Numbered from the stretch's first letter, positions 1 to 8,617 are shown. The stretch is 64,000 nt of DNA from an uncultured delta proteobacterium (GCA_963696385.1 CAVOKF010000004.1:192001-256000); one strand, 5' to 3'. Translations and numbers: made by a program. The notes: a model not told the origin generated them from the sequence alone.

Positions 1-20
1 CGAATGAGCCGCCGATCACG

Positions 21-500
21 GTGGCCGGACTGCGCGAGATTGGTCTATTCGGGGCCCTCAGCGACGAGGTGCTCGGACGATTGGCCAATGCTTTGAAGCC
101 GATCCGCGCGGTGCCCGGCGACGCGATTTTTCGGGAAGGCGACGGAGGAGCACGCGAGATGTACGTCGTGCTGGAAGGCGAAATGGAGGTAACGAGACGG
201 AGCCGGCGCGGTCGAGATATGCGCGTGGCGATTTTGGGCCCGACGGATTGCTTCGGGGAAATGTCGATGATCGACATGCAGTCGCGCTCGGCGACGGTTC
301 GGGCACTGGCCCCATCGCGTCTGCTTCGGGTGACGAGCGAGGACATGGATACGCTCTATCGTTCGGACCTAAAGTCGTACGCGCTGATCGTTCTCAACAT
401 TGCCCGAGATCTTTCGCGTCGCCTGCGCGTGGCCGACGGCATTTTGGCCGACTTCACCGTGAACGTGCTCGACGAGTACATGGCCACCAAGCGGGCCTGA
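21..500 (+). CDS. Cyclic-nucleotide-binding (Crp/Fnr-type CNB) domain protein; may begin upstream of the window
   Basis: IFREGD...MYVVLEGEMEV and FGEMSMIDMQSRSATVRA (phosphate-binding cassette). The frame is open back to position 3. Confidence 0.85.
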   Translation: MAGLREIGLFGALSDEVLGRLANALKPIRAVPGDAIFREGDGGAREMYVVLEGEMEVTRRSRRGRDMRVAILGPTDCFGEMSMIDMQSRSATVRALAPSRLLRVTSEDMDTLYRSDLKSYALIVLNIARDLSRRLRVADGILADFTVNVLDEYMATKRA

Positions 501-575
501 ACCCCGGCCATCCCGCCCAGCCGGTGGAGCGTGGGCTCTGGTGCGCCATTTCTCTTTCAGAGACAAAGGGCGTTT

Positions 576-1187
576 TTAGAGAGGAAAGGCGCTTTCGTCC
601 TCTGCGAAGGCGTGGGGGTGACGCGCCGAGCCATCGCCTTGCGCTCCCGTGCATTTGTGATCGACGGGATCGACTGGCTCGTAGCAGGGTGCGTCGTCCA
701 CGGCCGCGTCATGGGGTCCGTCGTCCTCGCCGGGTCCATCGAGACCCGCATCGCTTGGCGAACTCTCGGTCGGAGCGTCTTGCACGTCTTCGGCTGCCGC
801 GTCGCCGACTTCCCATGCGGCGTCCTCGGGGGCCGCGTCGGAGGCGGCCGCGTCCGCCGCGACTTCTTCAGCCCCAGCCGCGTCGGCCGAGCTCGAAGCC
901 GCCTGCGGACTCGGATTTGCGGCGGACCCCGCGTCCTCGGACGTCCCAGTGCCCCCCGCGGAGTTCGCCCCCGTGGGTCCCCCGGAGCCAATGAGCGCCG
1001 GTGACCCTGAGCTGCTGCTGCCACTGCCCGCGGCGGAATTGCCGTTGCCGGGCTGCGCGCCAGCCGTCGCACCCGTCATCTGAGGCGGAAGGGGCTGTGG
1101 ATTGAGGTCGCAGCCGAGCCCCGCGACCGCAAGGAGCCCAATCGCGACGGTCCCGGCGATCCTCCGGGCGTTCAATGCGAACCACAT
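576..1187 (-). CDS. Low-complexity lipoprotein with LNPQPLPP motif (start ATG 1187 or TTG 1175)
   Basis: NARRIAGTVAIGLLAVAGLG-C lipobox, then DLNPQPLPP, a Gly/Ser/Ala/Asp-rich linker and a C-terminal Cys pair. Confidence 0.65.
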   Translation of the reverse strand: MWFALNARRIAGTVAIGLLAVAGLGCDLNPQPLPPQMTGATAGAQPGNGNSAAGSGSSSSGSPALIGSGGPTGANSAGGTGTSEDAGSAANPSPQAASSSADAAGAEEVAADAAASDAAPEDAAWEVGDAAAEDVQDAPTESSPSDAGLDGPGEDDGPHDAAVDDAPCYEPVDPVDHKCTGAQGDGSARHPHAFAEDESAFPL

Positions 1188-1203
1188 AGCCCAAGACACT
1201 GTC

Positions 1204-1220
1204 AGCATAGAATGTGCCGA
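1204..1220 (-). promoter_or_regulatory. Candidate sigma54 -24/-12 promoter for the lipoprotein gene
   Basis: Minus strand reads TCGGCACATTCTATGCT, i.e. GG-N10-GC, just upstream of the likely start. Confidence 0.4.
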
Positions 1221-1336
1221 TCAGTTCGTCGCGGCAATGGCGCCTTTCGTCGACCAGAAATGGGCTTCCGGAGCGCATCGGCGATCATGGCTGGCCCAGT
1301 TCGGCACATACGGATATGGGCCGATCTTGAGCGAAC

Positions 1337-1615
1337 ATGACGGTCATGTTAGCCGACTCGCCAATGACGAGCGAAGTGGCCGAGGGGCGGGAACTTTCAC
1401 CGCGCATCCGCCGAGCCCTCGAGCTGAGTTATGGGGTCGAAGGGGTGGTCGCGGCGCGCGTTTGGCAGTGGCCCGGGCGCGTGGCGGTCGGTGTGCGCGG
1501 AGGCAACGCAACTTCTGCGCCGGAGCTCATTCGGCGGGTGGAGGCAGCCGTTGCGGGCCTACGAGAGGCCGGCGAGACATGGGACTTCGGAATCCTCGAG
1601 GATCCGACGAAGTGA
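1337..1615 (+). CDS. Small hypothetical protein
   Basis: 92-aa ORF with globular-looking composition that fills the intergenic space. Confidence 0.55.
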   Translation: MTVMLADSPMTSEVAEGRELSPRIRRALELSYGVEGVVAARVWQWPGRVAVGVRGGNATSAPELIRRVEAAVAGLREAGETWDFGILEDPTK

Positions 1616-1741
1616 AGAGTGCGCACGGACGAGTGGGTCTCGACCCCAAGTCTCGCGGCCTCACGCGGTGCGCCCCGCACGCCTCGGACAAGGAGATCGC
1701 GCTCGCTTGTGCTGCGAGCGCGAGATCCGGATGCGGACGCC

Positions 1742-1832
1742 GATTCCGTTCGAGACGGACGTCGCCTCGATTTCGGCTTTTGACCTGGCTTCAGTTAGAG
1801 ACGAAAATCGCCTCGATTTCGGCTTTGACCTG
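1742..1832. repeat. Degenerate 45/46-bp tandem duplication spanning the cdnL stop codon
   Basis: 1788-1832 gcttcagttagagacgaaaatcgcctcgatttcggctttgacctg versus 1742-1787 gattccgttcgagacggacgtcgcctcgatttcggcttttgacctg. Confidence 0.85.
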
Positions 1833-2298
1833 CTCCTCGCCCTGTTTGCGGGCGATGGCAATTTCTTTGACGATGAGCGACCGCGCCGTGTCCAGCATGC
1901 GTCGCTCGCCGAAGCTCAGTTGCTTGTCGGTCTTGAGCCGATAGAGATCGCGAAGAACCTCCGCGACATCGTAGATGGACCCCGTCTTCGATTTTGTCCA
2001 TGAAACCGCGATAGCGGCGGTTCCATGTTTGATTGTCGAACGCGATCGTTCGCTCACGCAGGATGTCGAAAATTTCCTGGATTTCGAGTTCGTTTATAAC
2101 CTGGCGCAGGCCGACCGCTCCGGCGTTGGCGACGGGGACCATGATCTTCCGGTCAGTATCCAAAATGCGCAGCACGTAAAATTTCTGACGGCTGCCCGCG
2201 ATGTCTTTTTCTTCAATACGAATGACTTCCGCCACCCCTTGAGCCGGATACACGGCCTTGTCACCGACCTTGAACTTGACGTCCGTAGCAGCTTGCAT
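1791..2298 (-). CDS. cdnL: CarD/CdnL-family RNA polymerase-binding factor, split by one extra base at about 1989
   Basis: FKVGDKAVYPAQGV...TWNRRYRGFMDKI continues in another frame as KTGSIYDVAEVLRDLY...LSFGERRMLDTARSL. Repaired length about 168 aa with no HMGA tail, so CdnL rather than CarD. RBS AAGGAG. Confidence 0.92.
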
Positions 2299-2516
2299 AG
2301 CGTCTCCTTGCAATGATGCGCCCAGGCTTACCGTCGCCCGGACACCTCGTGTTGAACAGGCGCACCTCGGCCGAACGGTCACCGTCGGCTCACCTGCGTT
2401 CGCCAGAAGGACCGGCGTCTAAGACGGAAACGTGTGGCCTCGAATTCCATTCCGTGCGGGAGCTGGAGTTCGATCAACTCGGCCGGAAAGCCGAGATCAG
2501 GCAAAGCGGCACGCGC

Positions 2517-2545
2517 AGACTAGTGCCACCCCTTCGGGCTGTCAA
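2517..2545 (-). promoter_or_regulatory. Sigma70-type promoter for cdnL
   Basis: Minus strand TTGACA-N17-TAGTCT, about 215 nt upstream of the start codon. Confidence 0.6.
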
Positions 2546-2683
2546 CTAATCTGTCACCTGTCGGCCATGAAAGTCGCCTCCGGTGGCGCTCGTCAAGGGG
2601 TGTGGAGCCCCCAATTTCACACGGCCTGCCGCCCCGCATGATTTAGGGGGGGAAGAAGCTCGGCGAACCGTGCGCTCGCGTGG

Positions 2684-3655
2684 CTACGGCCGAGGCGCAA
2701 CGGGGGGACCGCCGGAAGATGAGACGACGCTGTTCGCACAGAGCTCTTCCGCCAGCCCCCAACGAACCCCGCGATCGGAAACGATGAGCGAATGGGCACC
2801 CCAATGGCGAAGCAGCGCGAGGGTAATCAGGCCGCCCGCGACGATCACGTCGGCGCGTTTGACCTCCATCCCCGCCACGGCCTCGCGCGTCACGCGGTCC
2901 ATCCGGCTCAAATCGTGGACCACCCTTCGGAGATCGTCGGTTTGCAGCGTTCGACCGTGGATTTCAGCACCTCGATAGGGCACTAGGCCGAGCGCAACCG
3001 CGGCGAGGGTCGTCACCGTGCCGGCCACCCCGACGGGCGGGCGGGCCGGGCCTATCGGAGCAACGCTCGCAAATGCGCTCGTTGCGACGGCTTCAATCGT
3101 TTCGAGTTCCGCGGCTGTCGGAGGATCGTGAGAAACGTGCCGCTCCGTAAGCCGGACACTGCCGATGTCGAAGCTCTCCGAGAACCTCAACACCGGGCCC
3201 GAAGGGTCGTTTCGCCCAATGACGACCTCCGTGCTTCCGCCGCCCACGTCGAATACGGCGACTTCTCCGCGCTCCACACCGGCAATGCCGCTCAGTGCGC
3301 CCCGAAAGGTCAGGCGTGCCTCCTCGCTGCCTGTAAGCACTTGCGCCTCGACGCCGAAGGCCGAGCGCACGCAGGCGCGGATTTCCTCGCCGCCGCCCGC
3401 ATCGCGCATCGCGCTCGTTCCCACGACGGCGACGCTCCGCGCGCCGACCTCCCGCACGGTTTGGGCGTAGCGCTCCAAACAGGCGCACGTACGGGCAACG
3501 GCCGTCGGCGCGAAGCGACGGCTTCGATCCACTCCTTCGCCCAGTCGCGTGATGGTCGCGGCCTCGACAACGGCCCCGAGCGTTCCGTCGCTTCGTCGCT
3601 CCGCGACCAGCAGAAGCAGCGTGTTCGTTCCGATGTCTACGGCGGCGACGCGCAT
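2684..3655 (-). CDS. ppx: Ppx/GppA-family exopolyphosphatase
   Basis: AAVDIGTNT, TRLGEG, GTSAMRDA, EEARLTF, DVGGGSTE, GSVRLTER, RADVIVAG, SDRGVRWG. Confidence 0.92.
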   Translation of the reverse strand: MRVAAVDIGTNTLLLLVAERRSDGTLGAVVEAATITRLGEGVDRSRRFAPTAVARTCACLERYAQTVREVGARSVAVVGTSAMRDAGGGEEIRACVRSAFGVEAQVLTGSEEARLTFRGALSGIAGVERGEVAVFDVGGGSTEVVIGRNDPSGPVLRFSESFDIGSVRLTERHVSHDPPTAAELETIEAVATSAFASVAPIGPARPPVGVAGTVTTLAAVALGLVPYRGAEIHGRTLQTDDLRRVVHDLSRMDRVTREAVAGMEVKRADVIVAGGLITLALLRHWGAHSLIVSDRGVRWGLAEELCANSVVSSSGGPPVAPRP

Positions 3656-3709
3656 ACGCGAGGAGCCCGTCGTCGAGGGACCCGTGTCTCGAACTCGCGT
3701 CGCGCGGGA

Positions 3710-4558
3710 TCAGTTCGCCAGATCCTTCAGGTTGAGCATCTCTTCGACGTTCGGCTGCAGCACGATCTCGACACGTCGATTCTTGGCTTCCTCTTCGCGC
3801 GACTGCTGCTCCACCGTGCCCGCGACCGGGTCCATGGCGCCATAGCCGGCGGCGGCCCAGTGGGAGGCATCGAGACCTCCCCCGCTCGGAATGCCCCGGC
3901 CGTCGTTGCCCTTGTCTGACGCGACGAGGAACGTCAACACTTGTCGCGCTCGCATCAGGCTCAAGCCCCAATTGTCGAAGTACGTGCCACCGTAGGGCTC
4001 CTTGTCGGTGTGTCCCGCAACTTGGAAATTTCGGGTGCTGAGCGTCGCGTCGCCTTTGATGACTTCCGCGACCTGCTTCAAAATTTTCTTCCCATCCGGT
4101 TTGAGGGAATCTTTGCCCGAATCAAATAGGATATCGCCGGGCAGCTGGATGACCATGCGGTTATTCCGAACGACCACCTTCAGACCGACGCTCGTGAGTT
4201 TGTCCAGACGCCCCTTCAGGTCCCGAAAGCGTGCCTTCATGTCGTCGAGCTGCTTCAATCGAGCTTCGTACTCGGACATGGCCTGGCGGAGCTTGGATTT
4301 CTCTTCTTCGGAGCGCGAAAGGCCGACCCCGAGATCCTTCAATTTCGATCGAAGGTCTTCTATCTGCTGCTGAGCTTCGGTGTACTTCTGTTCGTCATCG
4401 GCGTGACGCTTATTTGCGGCGTCGAGATCCGCCTTCAACTTGGCAATGTCACGCTGCGCCTGTTGCCACTCGTCCTCGCTATGACCACAACCCACAACGG
4501 CGAACGACGCGAACAATGCGATAAGAATCAAGCCGACGCGGAACCTCGGAATGAGCAT
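3710..4558 (-). CDS. OmpA/MotB-domain coiled-coil lipoprotein
   Basis: Lipobox VVG-C, a coiled coil, then ILFDSG, VAGHTD, NWGLSLMRA, AAGYG and KNRRVEIV. Confidence 0.88.
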   Translation of the reverse strand: MLIPRFRVGLILIALFASFAVVGCGHSEDEWQQAQRDIAKLKADLDAANKRHADDEQKYTEAQQQIEDLRSKLKDLGVGLSRSEEEKSKLRQAMSEYEARLKQLDDMKARFRDLKGRLDKLTSVGLKVVVRNNRMVIQLPGDILFDSGKDSLKPDGKKILKQVAEVIKGDATLSTRNFQVAGHTDKEPYGGTYFDNWGLSLMRARQVLTFLVASDKGNDGRGIPSGGGLDASHWAAAGYGAMDPVAGTVEQQSREEEAKNRRVEIVLQPNVEEMLNLKDLAN

Positions 4559-4692
4559 CGTTGACCTCTCCTGGCCTCAGTGACGCGACGGTATCGATCG
4601 GCATCGACAGGGTCAAGGTGCGCGGGCGTCATCCCGACGCGGCGCGTGGACGTCGTCAAGGTCAAGCGTTGCGAACAGTCACAAATTTTTGG

Positions 4693-4725
4693 TTGACATA
4701 TGACGTACGTGACCATATACGTCAT
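4693..4725 (+). promoter_or_regulatory. Sigma70-type promoter with an overlapping palindromic operator-like site
   Basis: TTGACA(4693)-N17-TATACG(4716); inverted repeat ATGACGTA(4700-4707)-N10-TACGTCAT(4718-4725). Confidence 0.55.
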
Positions 4726-4752
4726 CTCAGACTGCCCACCAAAGGAGGGACC

Positions 4753-5043
4753 ATGGCTGCAAAGAAGGGCGCGAAGAAGGCCAAAAAGGGCGCCAAGAAG
4801 ACCAAGACCACGAAGAAGGCGGCAAAGACGGCGAAGAAGCCGGCCAAGCGGAAGGCCGCGAAAAAGCCAGCCAAGCGGGCAGCCGCCAAACGGCCCGTGA
4901 AAAAGGCGGTGCCTCGGTCAGCAGGAAAGACCCCCGCGGCGGCCTCGAAAGCTGCCGCGAAGGCCGCTCCCCCGGCCGGCGTGCCGTCCATGCTCGGCGG
5001 TGCTCCGACGTCGAGCCACGGCCCCGACGACGGAGAAGAATGA
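4753..5043 (+). CDS. Lys/Ala-rich histone H1-like basic protein
   Basis: AAGGAGG RBS before ATG 4753; KKAAK/KKPAK repeats; short acidic tail DDGEE. Confidence 0.8.
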   Translation: MAAKKGAKKAKKGAKKTKTTKKAAKTAKKPAKRKAAKKPAKRAAAKRPVKKAVPRSAGKTPAAASKAAAKAAPPAGVPSMLGGAPTSSHGPDDGEE

Positions 5044-5131
5044 CATCGGTGTCTTTGCTTGCGCTTCGTCTTTACGGGTTCGCGAGACCCGCATTTCGCT
5101 CGCTGCATTATTAGCGGCGGGCTTCAAAGGA

Positions 5132-5168
5132 GCGGGCGCCTCGTTTGCGGGGCGCCCGTTTCCTTTTT
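5132..5168 (+). terminator. Intrinsic terminator
   Basis: 12-bp stem GCGGGCGCCTCG/CGGGGCGCCCGT, TTTG loop, then TTCCTTTTT. Confidence 0.7.
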
Positions 5169-5288
5169 GTGGCCGAACAGCGGCTGGCTTGGAAAGATCC
5201 CCCTGGCCCAAAGACCGCTGGCTCGGGATTCCCCCTTCCGGGGCTCAAAAGAGTCGCCGGCTGGTCGCGGGCCTGGCGGGCACTGGAC

Positions 5289-5912
5289 TCAGGGGGACGT
5301 CGTCCGCGGAGTGCGCCGCGGATGAAAGTTGAAGGGGTAATGGGCCGTCGTTTCGTATCCGCCGGGGCTCGGAGAGAACGGAATCCTGCGGATGACGTCG
5401 ACGACGCAGGCCACGGCCGTCGGTTCGGCAATCTGGCTGCGCGCGACGTCGACCGAGGCGCGCGACACGTTGCCCTTCGGATCAATCGTCCATTCGACGA
5501 CCAAGTCGCCCTCCAGGCCAGGGTGATCGGCGAGGGCCTTTTCGTAGCAGGCGCGTGCCTCGTCACGATGAGCGACGACGAGCGCGCGGATGTCGGCGAT
5601 GCCTCGGCCCGGCTCGCGCGGATGCGCGGCGGCGGAGGGTGCACTCGAACTCGAGGACTCGGGCAGCGGCGATCGTTCTGCGAGTTTGGTCGGAAGACCG
5701 AGGCCGCCTCCGTCGGTCAGCTCGCGGGTCGTCGTGCCCGACCCGGGATCGGCGGTTAGGCCGATACTGCCGTCGAGGTTCGAGTTGGCCGAAGTATCGG
5801 CGGATTTAGCCTCGGACGGGATCGACTGCGCCCCCCCGGCGCAACCCAGCATGCCGTAGAGACCGAGCCAGAAAGGAACGAGGTAGGCCGTACGCGCTTG
5901 CATCGCGTCCAC
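5289..5912 (-). CDS. Lipoprotein with AgmX/PglI (TonB-C-like) C-terminal domain
   Basis: LG-C lipobox; ARACYEKAL...GLEGDLVVEWTIDPKGNV...ACVVDVIRRIPF...YPFNF. Confidence 0.8.
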   Translation of the reverse strand: MDAMQARTAYLVPFWLGLYGMLGCAGGAQSIPSEAKSADTSANSNLDGSIGLTADPGSGTTTRELTDGGGLGLPTKLAERSPLPESSSSSAPSAAAHPREPGRGIADIRALVVAHRDEARACYEKALADHPGLEGDLVVEWTIDPKGNVSRASVDVARSQIAEPTAVACVVDVIRRIPFSPSPGGYETTAHYPFNFHPRRTPRTTSP

Positions 5913-6043
5913 GCTACCGCAGGTCCTCGAGGGGAGGCAGCCGGCAGCGCCAACACGCGCATCGAGACCCGCCTGGACCGGCCCCGGCTCGACCTTGGAC
6001 TACGGATCCGCGGCGAATGGGGGTCACCGCAGGACGTGTTCCG

Positions 6044-6622
6044 TTAGCTTGCGGCTTTCAAGAATGGTTCCCATTCTTTGAACTTCCAGCCACTGCCCAG
6101 AAGAATCTGAGCCGTCATCGTCCACTTCGGACGGAACGGACGGCGAGCGAGCCGCATGTTTGCCTCCTCGGGCGTTTTCCACCCTTTGCGCAAGTTGCAC
6201 GGGCGGCACGCCGTGACGAGGTTCTCCCACGAATCATCGCCGCCGCGCGACCGCGGAACGACATGGTCGATGTTGAGCTCCCGCAAGGGCGGACGCTTGC
6301 CGCAATACTGGCATTGCTGAGAATCGCGAAACATGAGGTTGCGTCGAGTCAGGCGCACCGTCACTCGCGGCGTGCGATCGTAGTGCAGAAGATGCACCAC
6401 CCGAGGCACGCGCAGCTCGCCGCCCACCACAGGGATCGCATCATCGTCGTCGCGCACCGGCAAGTCGCGCCAGACGTCGAATTCAAAAGAATCACCGCCC
6501 TCGTCGAGCGCAAGGGCAACACCGCCATACATGAGCACAATCGCGCGCTTCACCGTCGTCACCTGCACCGGAACCAGGTGGCGGTTGAGTACCAGGACGG
6601 GAAGCGAGAGCACGTCGGTCAT
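6044..6622 (-). CDS. HNH endonuclease (McrA-like)
   Basis: VLVLN N-terminus; RDSQQCQYCG...NIDHVVPRSRGG..SWENLVTACRPCNLRKG. Confidence 0.9.
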   Translation of the reverse strand: MTDVLSLPVLVLNRHLVPVQVTTVKRAIVLMYGGVALALDEGGDSFEFDVWRDLPVRDDDDAIPVVGGELRVPRVVHLLHYDRTPRVTVRLTRRNLMFRDSQQCQYCGKRPPLRELNIDHVVPRSRGGDDSWENLVTACRPCNLRKGWKTPEEANMRLARRPFRPKWTMTAQILLGSGWKFKEWEPFLKAAS

Positions 6623-6801
6623 CGTGGGACAAACGACCCGCCCGCGTGCGTCCGGCCATCGGCTTGGGGCCGAGTGGTAAAAACCGTTCTGTCGAGGCGG
6701 GGCGAGCGGGCGGAAGTGTACACCAGACGAGGGCGCGCGCTCGCGCGCCCACCCCGGCGCCCATTTGACGGCGGCACCGCGAGGGCTACCTTTCCAGGAA
6801 G

Positions 6802-7389
6802 ATGACCGCCAAGCCCGATCCGTATGCACTCCGCGTGGCTTCGGCGGACGAAGCACCCCGTCGATCGCGCCGCGACGACGTCGATGCCTCCGCCCGAAAG
6901 CGGTGGCTCGGCCCCGCGGTCGCGGTCGGACTGGCCATGGGGGCGGCCTCCATCGCGGCGCTCGTGCTGACGGGCATGCAAGATAACGCCATCTACTCGA
7001 AACCAGTCGACCAACTTTTGGCACAGAAAGCGAAGTTCGTAGGCCGCCCCGTGCGAGCGGACGGCATCTTGGTTCACCATTCGCTCGTCCGACGCGACCA
7101 GCCATGCGAGTGGCGCTTCACGATCGCGAAAAAGGACGTCGAGCTACCCGTGCGCTTCGCGCAGTGCGTCGTGCCCGATACCTTCCGCGATGTCGACGAC
7201 GTCGACGTGGGGGTTACCGTCGAAGGTCAATTGCAAGCCGACGGCACGTTCGAGGCCACGAGTGTGCTGGCCAAATGCCCCAGCAAGTACGAGATGCAGG
7301 AACGCAAGCAACGCGGCGAGGAAATGCCGCACGGACCGTTTGCCGAGCAGCTTGCGCCTGCGGCGAACGTCCCGCAAGCGCGTCGCTAG
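6802..7389 (+). CDS. ccmE: Cytochrome c maturation heme chaperone, CxxxY variant
   Basis: N-terminal TM helix, VPDTFRD, VTVEG, FEATSVLAKCPSKY. Confidence 0.88.
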   Translation: MTAKPDPYALRVASADEAPRRSRRDDVDASARKRWLGPAVAVGLAMGAASIAALVLTGMQDNAIYSKPVDQLLAQKAKFVGRPVRADGILVHHSLVRRDQPCEWRFTIAKKDVELPVRFAQCVVPDTFRDVDDVDVGVTVEGQLQADGTFEATSVLAKCPSKYEMQERKQRGEEMPHGPFAEQLAPAANVPQARR

Positions 7390-7470
7390 AGCCCCGGCGG
7401 GCCGCCAAGAGGCAGGCGGATTCTTGCTGAATCGCGCCGAGCTTCTCTATGCTAAGACGCTTCACGATTC

Positions 7471-8394
7471 GTGAGGACGATGCGATTGCTCCGCGGCCAC
7501 CTGCTCATTCTCGGTTTCGTCGGCGCGGCGATCGCGGTTCCTGCCCAGGCCCAGCAGCCGCCGAGCAACTACCCGCCCCCTTGCGACGGGACTCAAGTGA
7601 GCAAGTCCGACGTCGACCGCGCGCATGCGGTTTTTCTCAGCGGCAAACAGTTCCTCGAAGAGTCCAATTACGACAAGGCGCTCGGCTACTTCCAGGACGC
7701 ATATACGATTGACTGCAGTGTGCACGCGATTTTGCCCATCATCGCAACGGCGTACGAGCGCAAGGGCGACAAGGCCGAGGCCATTCGCGCGCTGGAGGAG
7801 TATCTGAAGCGCGTCCCGAACGCTTCGGATCGGGAAGTCGTCGAGCGCCGAATCAAGAACCTGAGAGAGCAGTTGCCCCGCGAGCCGTCGGCGGCCGCCG
7901 GGGCTGCGAGCGCACCGGCCCCGTCCGTCGAACCGTCGGCCGCGCCGCCGACGCCTGGGCCGGCCGCGAGCGCGCCGGCCTTTTCGCCAACGAAGTTCCC
8001 GGCGCCATCCCCTACTCCGCCCCCGCAGTCCGGACTCGAGGTGCGCCACAGTGGGTGGCCGTGGGTGGCGGTCGGACTGGGCGGGGCCGCCGTCCTCGTG
8101 GCTGCGCCGATTCTCTTCGCGGTCGGCAACAGCGACGTCTCGAGTGCCCAGCTCAAGTGCGGGGGATCCCGTGTCTGTCCCTCGACCGCCCCGCCCGACG
8201 CGATTGGGGAAGGAAACGGAGGTCGCGCACTGGAAACGTCAGCGTTTGTGGTCGGTGGCGCGGGCCTCGCGCTGACTGGAGTTGGCCTGCTTTGGCATTT
8301 CCTCGAGAGGACGGACGCGCCGGCCACTTCGGCCCACGTCGGCGCGGTCATTTTGCCGCACTATGCCGGCGTGGGTGCCTCGAGCCCGTTCTAA
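7471..8394 (+). CDS. Exported TPR-containing protein with Pro-rich linker and C-terminal hydrophobic segments
   Basis: Signal peptide; TPR-like helices (YDKALGYFQDAY, AEAIRALEEYL); PAPS linker; two hydrophobic stretches. Confidence 0.75.
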   Translation: MRTMRLLRGHLLILGFVGAAIAVPAQAQQPPSNYPPPCDGTQVSKSDVDRAHAVFLSGKQFLEESNYDKALGYFQDAYTIDCSVHAILPIIATAYERKGDKAEAIRALEEYLKRVPNASDREVVERRIKNLREQLPREPSAAAGAASAPAPSVEPSAAPPTPGPAASAPAFSPTKFPAPSPTPPPQSGLEVRHSGWPWVAVGLGGAAVLVAAPILFAVGNSDVSSAQLKCGGSRVCPSTAPPDAIGEGNGGRALETSAFVVGGAGLALTGVGLLWHFLERTDAPATSAHVGAVILPHYAGVGASSPF

Positions 8395-8396
8395 CC

Positions 8397-8537
8397 ACAG
8401 CGCCCCGCTGAACGGTACCCGCTCGCGCTGGGTACGCCCGCGTTGCAGGCGGGCGCTGGACCCAAGCCCCCAATCGCGTCCCGGCGATGGACTGGACGTA
8501 CACCGCCCGGCTGACCCTTTGCTCTGGGGCGGTGTCC
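8397..8537 (+). repeat. Dispersed two-hairpin intergenic repeat, copy A
   Basis: Unit 1 (8397-8461) aligns without gaps at about 51/65 (hand count) to the reverse complement of 52363-52427. Unit 2 (8498-8537) matches the reverse complement of 52264-52305. Confidence 0.85.
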
Positions 8538-8617
8538 GAACGGCCCGGTCGTTTCGATCTCGGGGACCGAAAGACCGTGGCTTTCAATGCGCCGAATGCG
8601 CGCGTACGCTTTGGCCA

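Noticed and set aside
6044..6622. HNH gene as a mobile homing endonuclease or defence system
   Set aside because: It looks like the widespread stand-alone McrA-like family, with host-like codons and no intron, repeats or partner genes.
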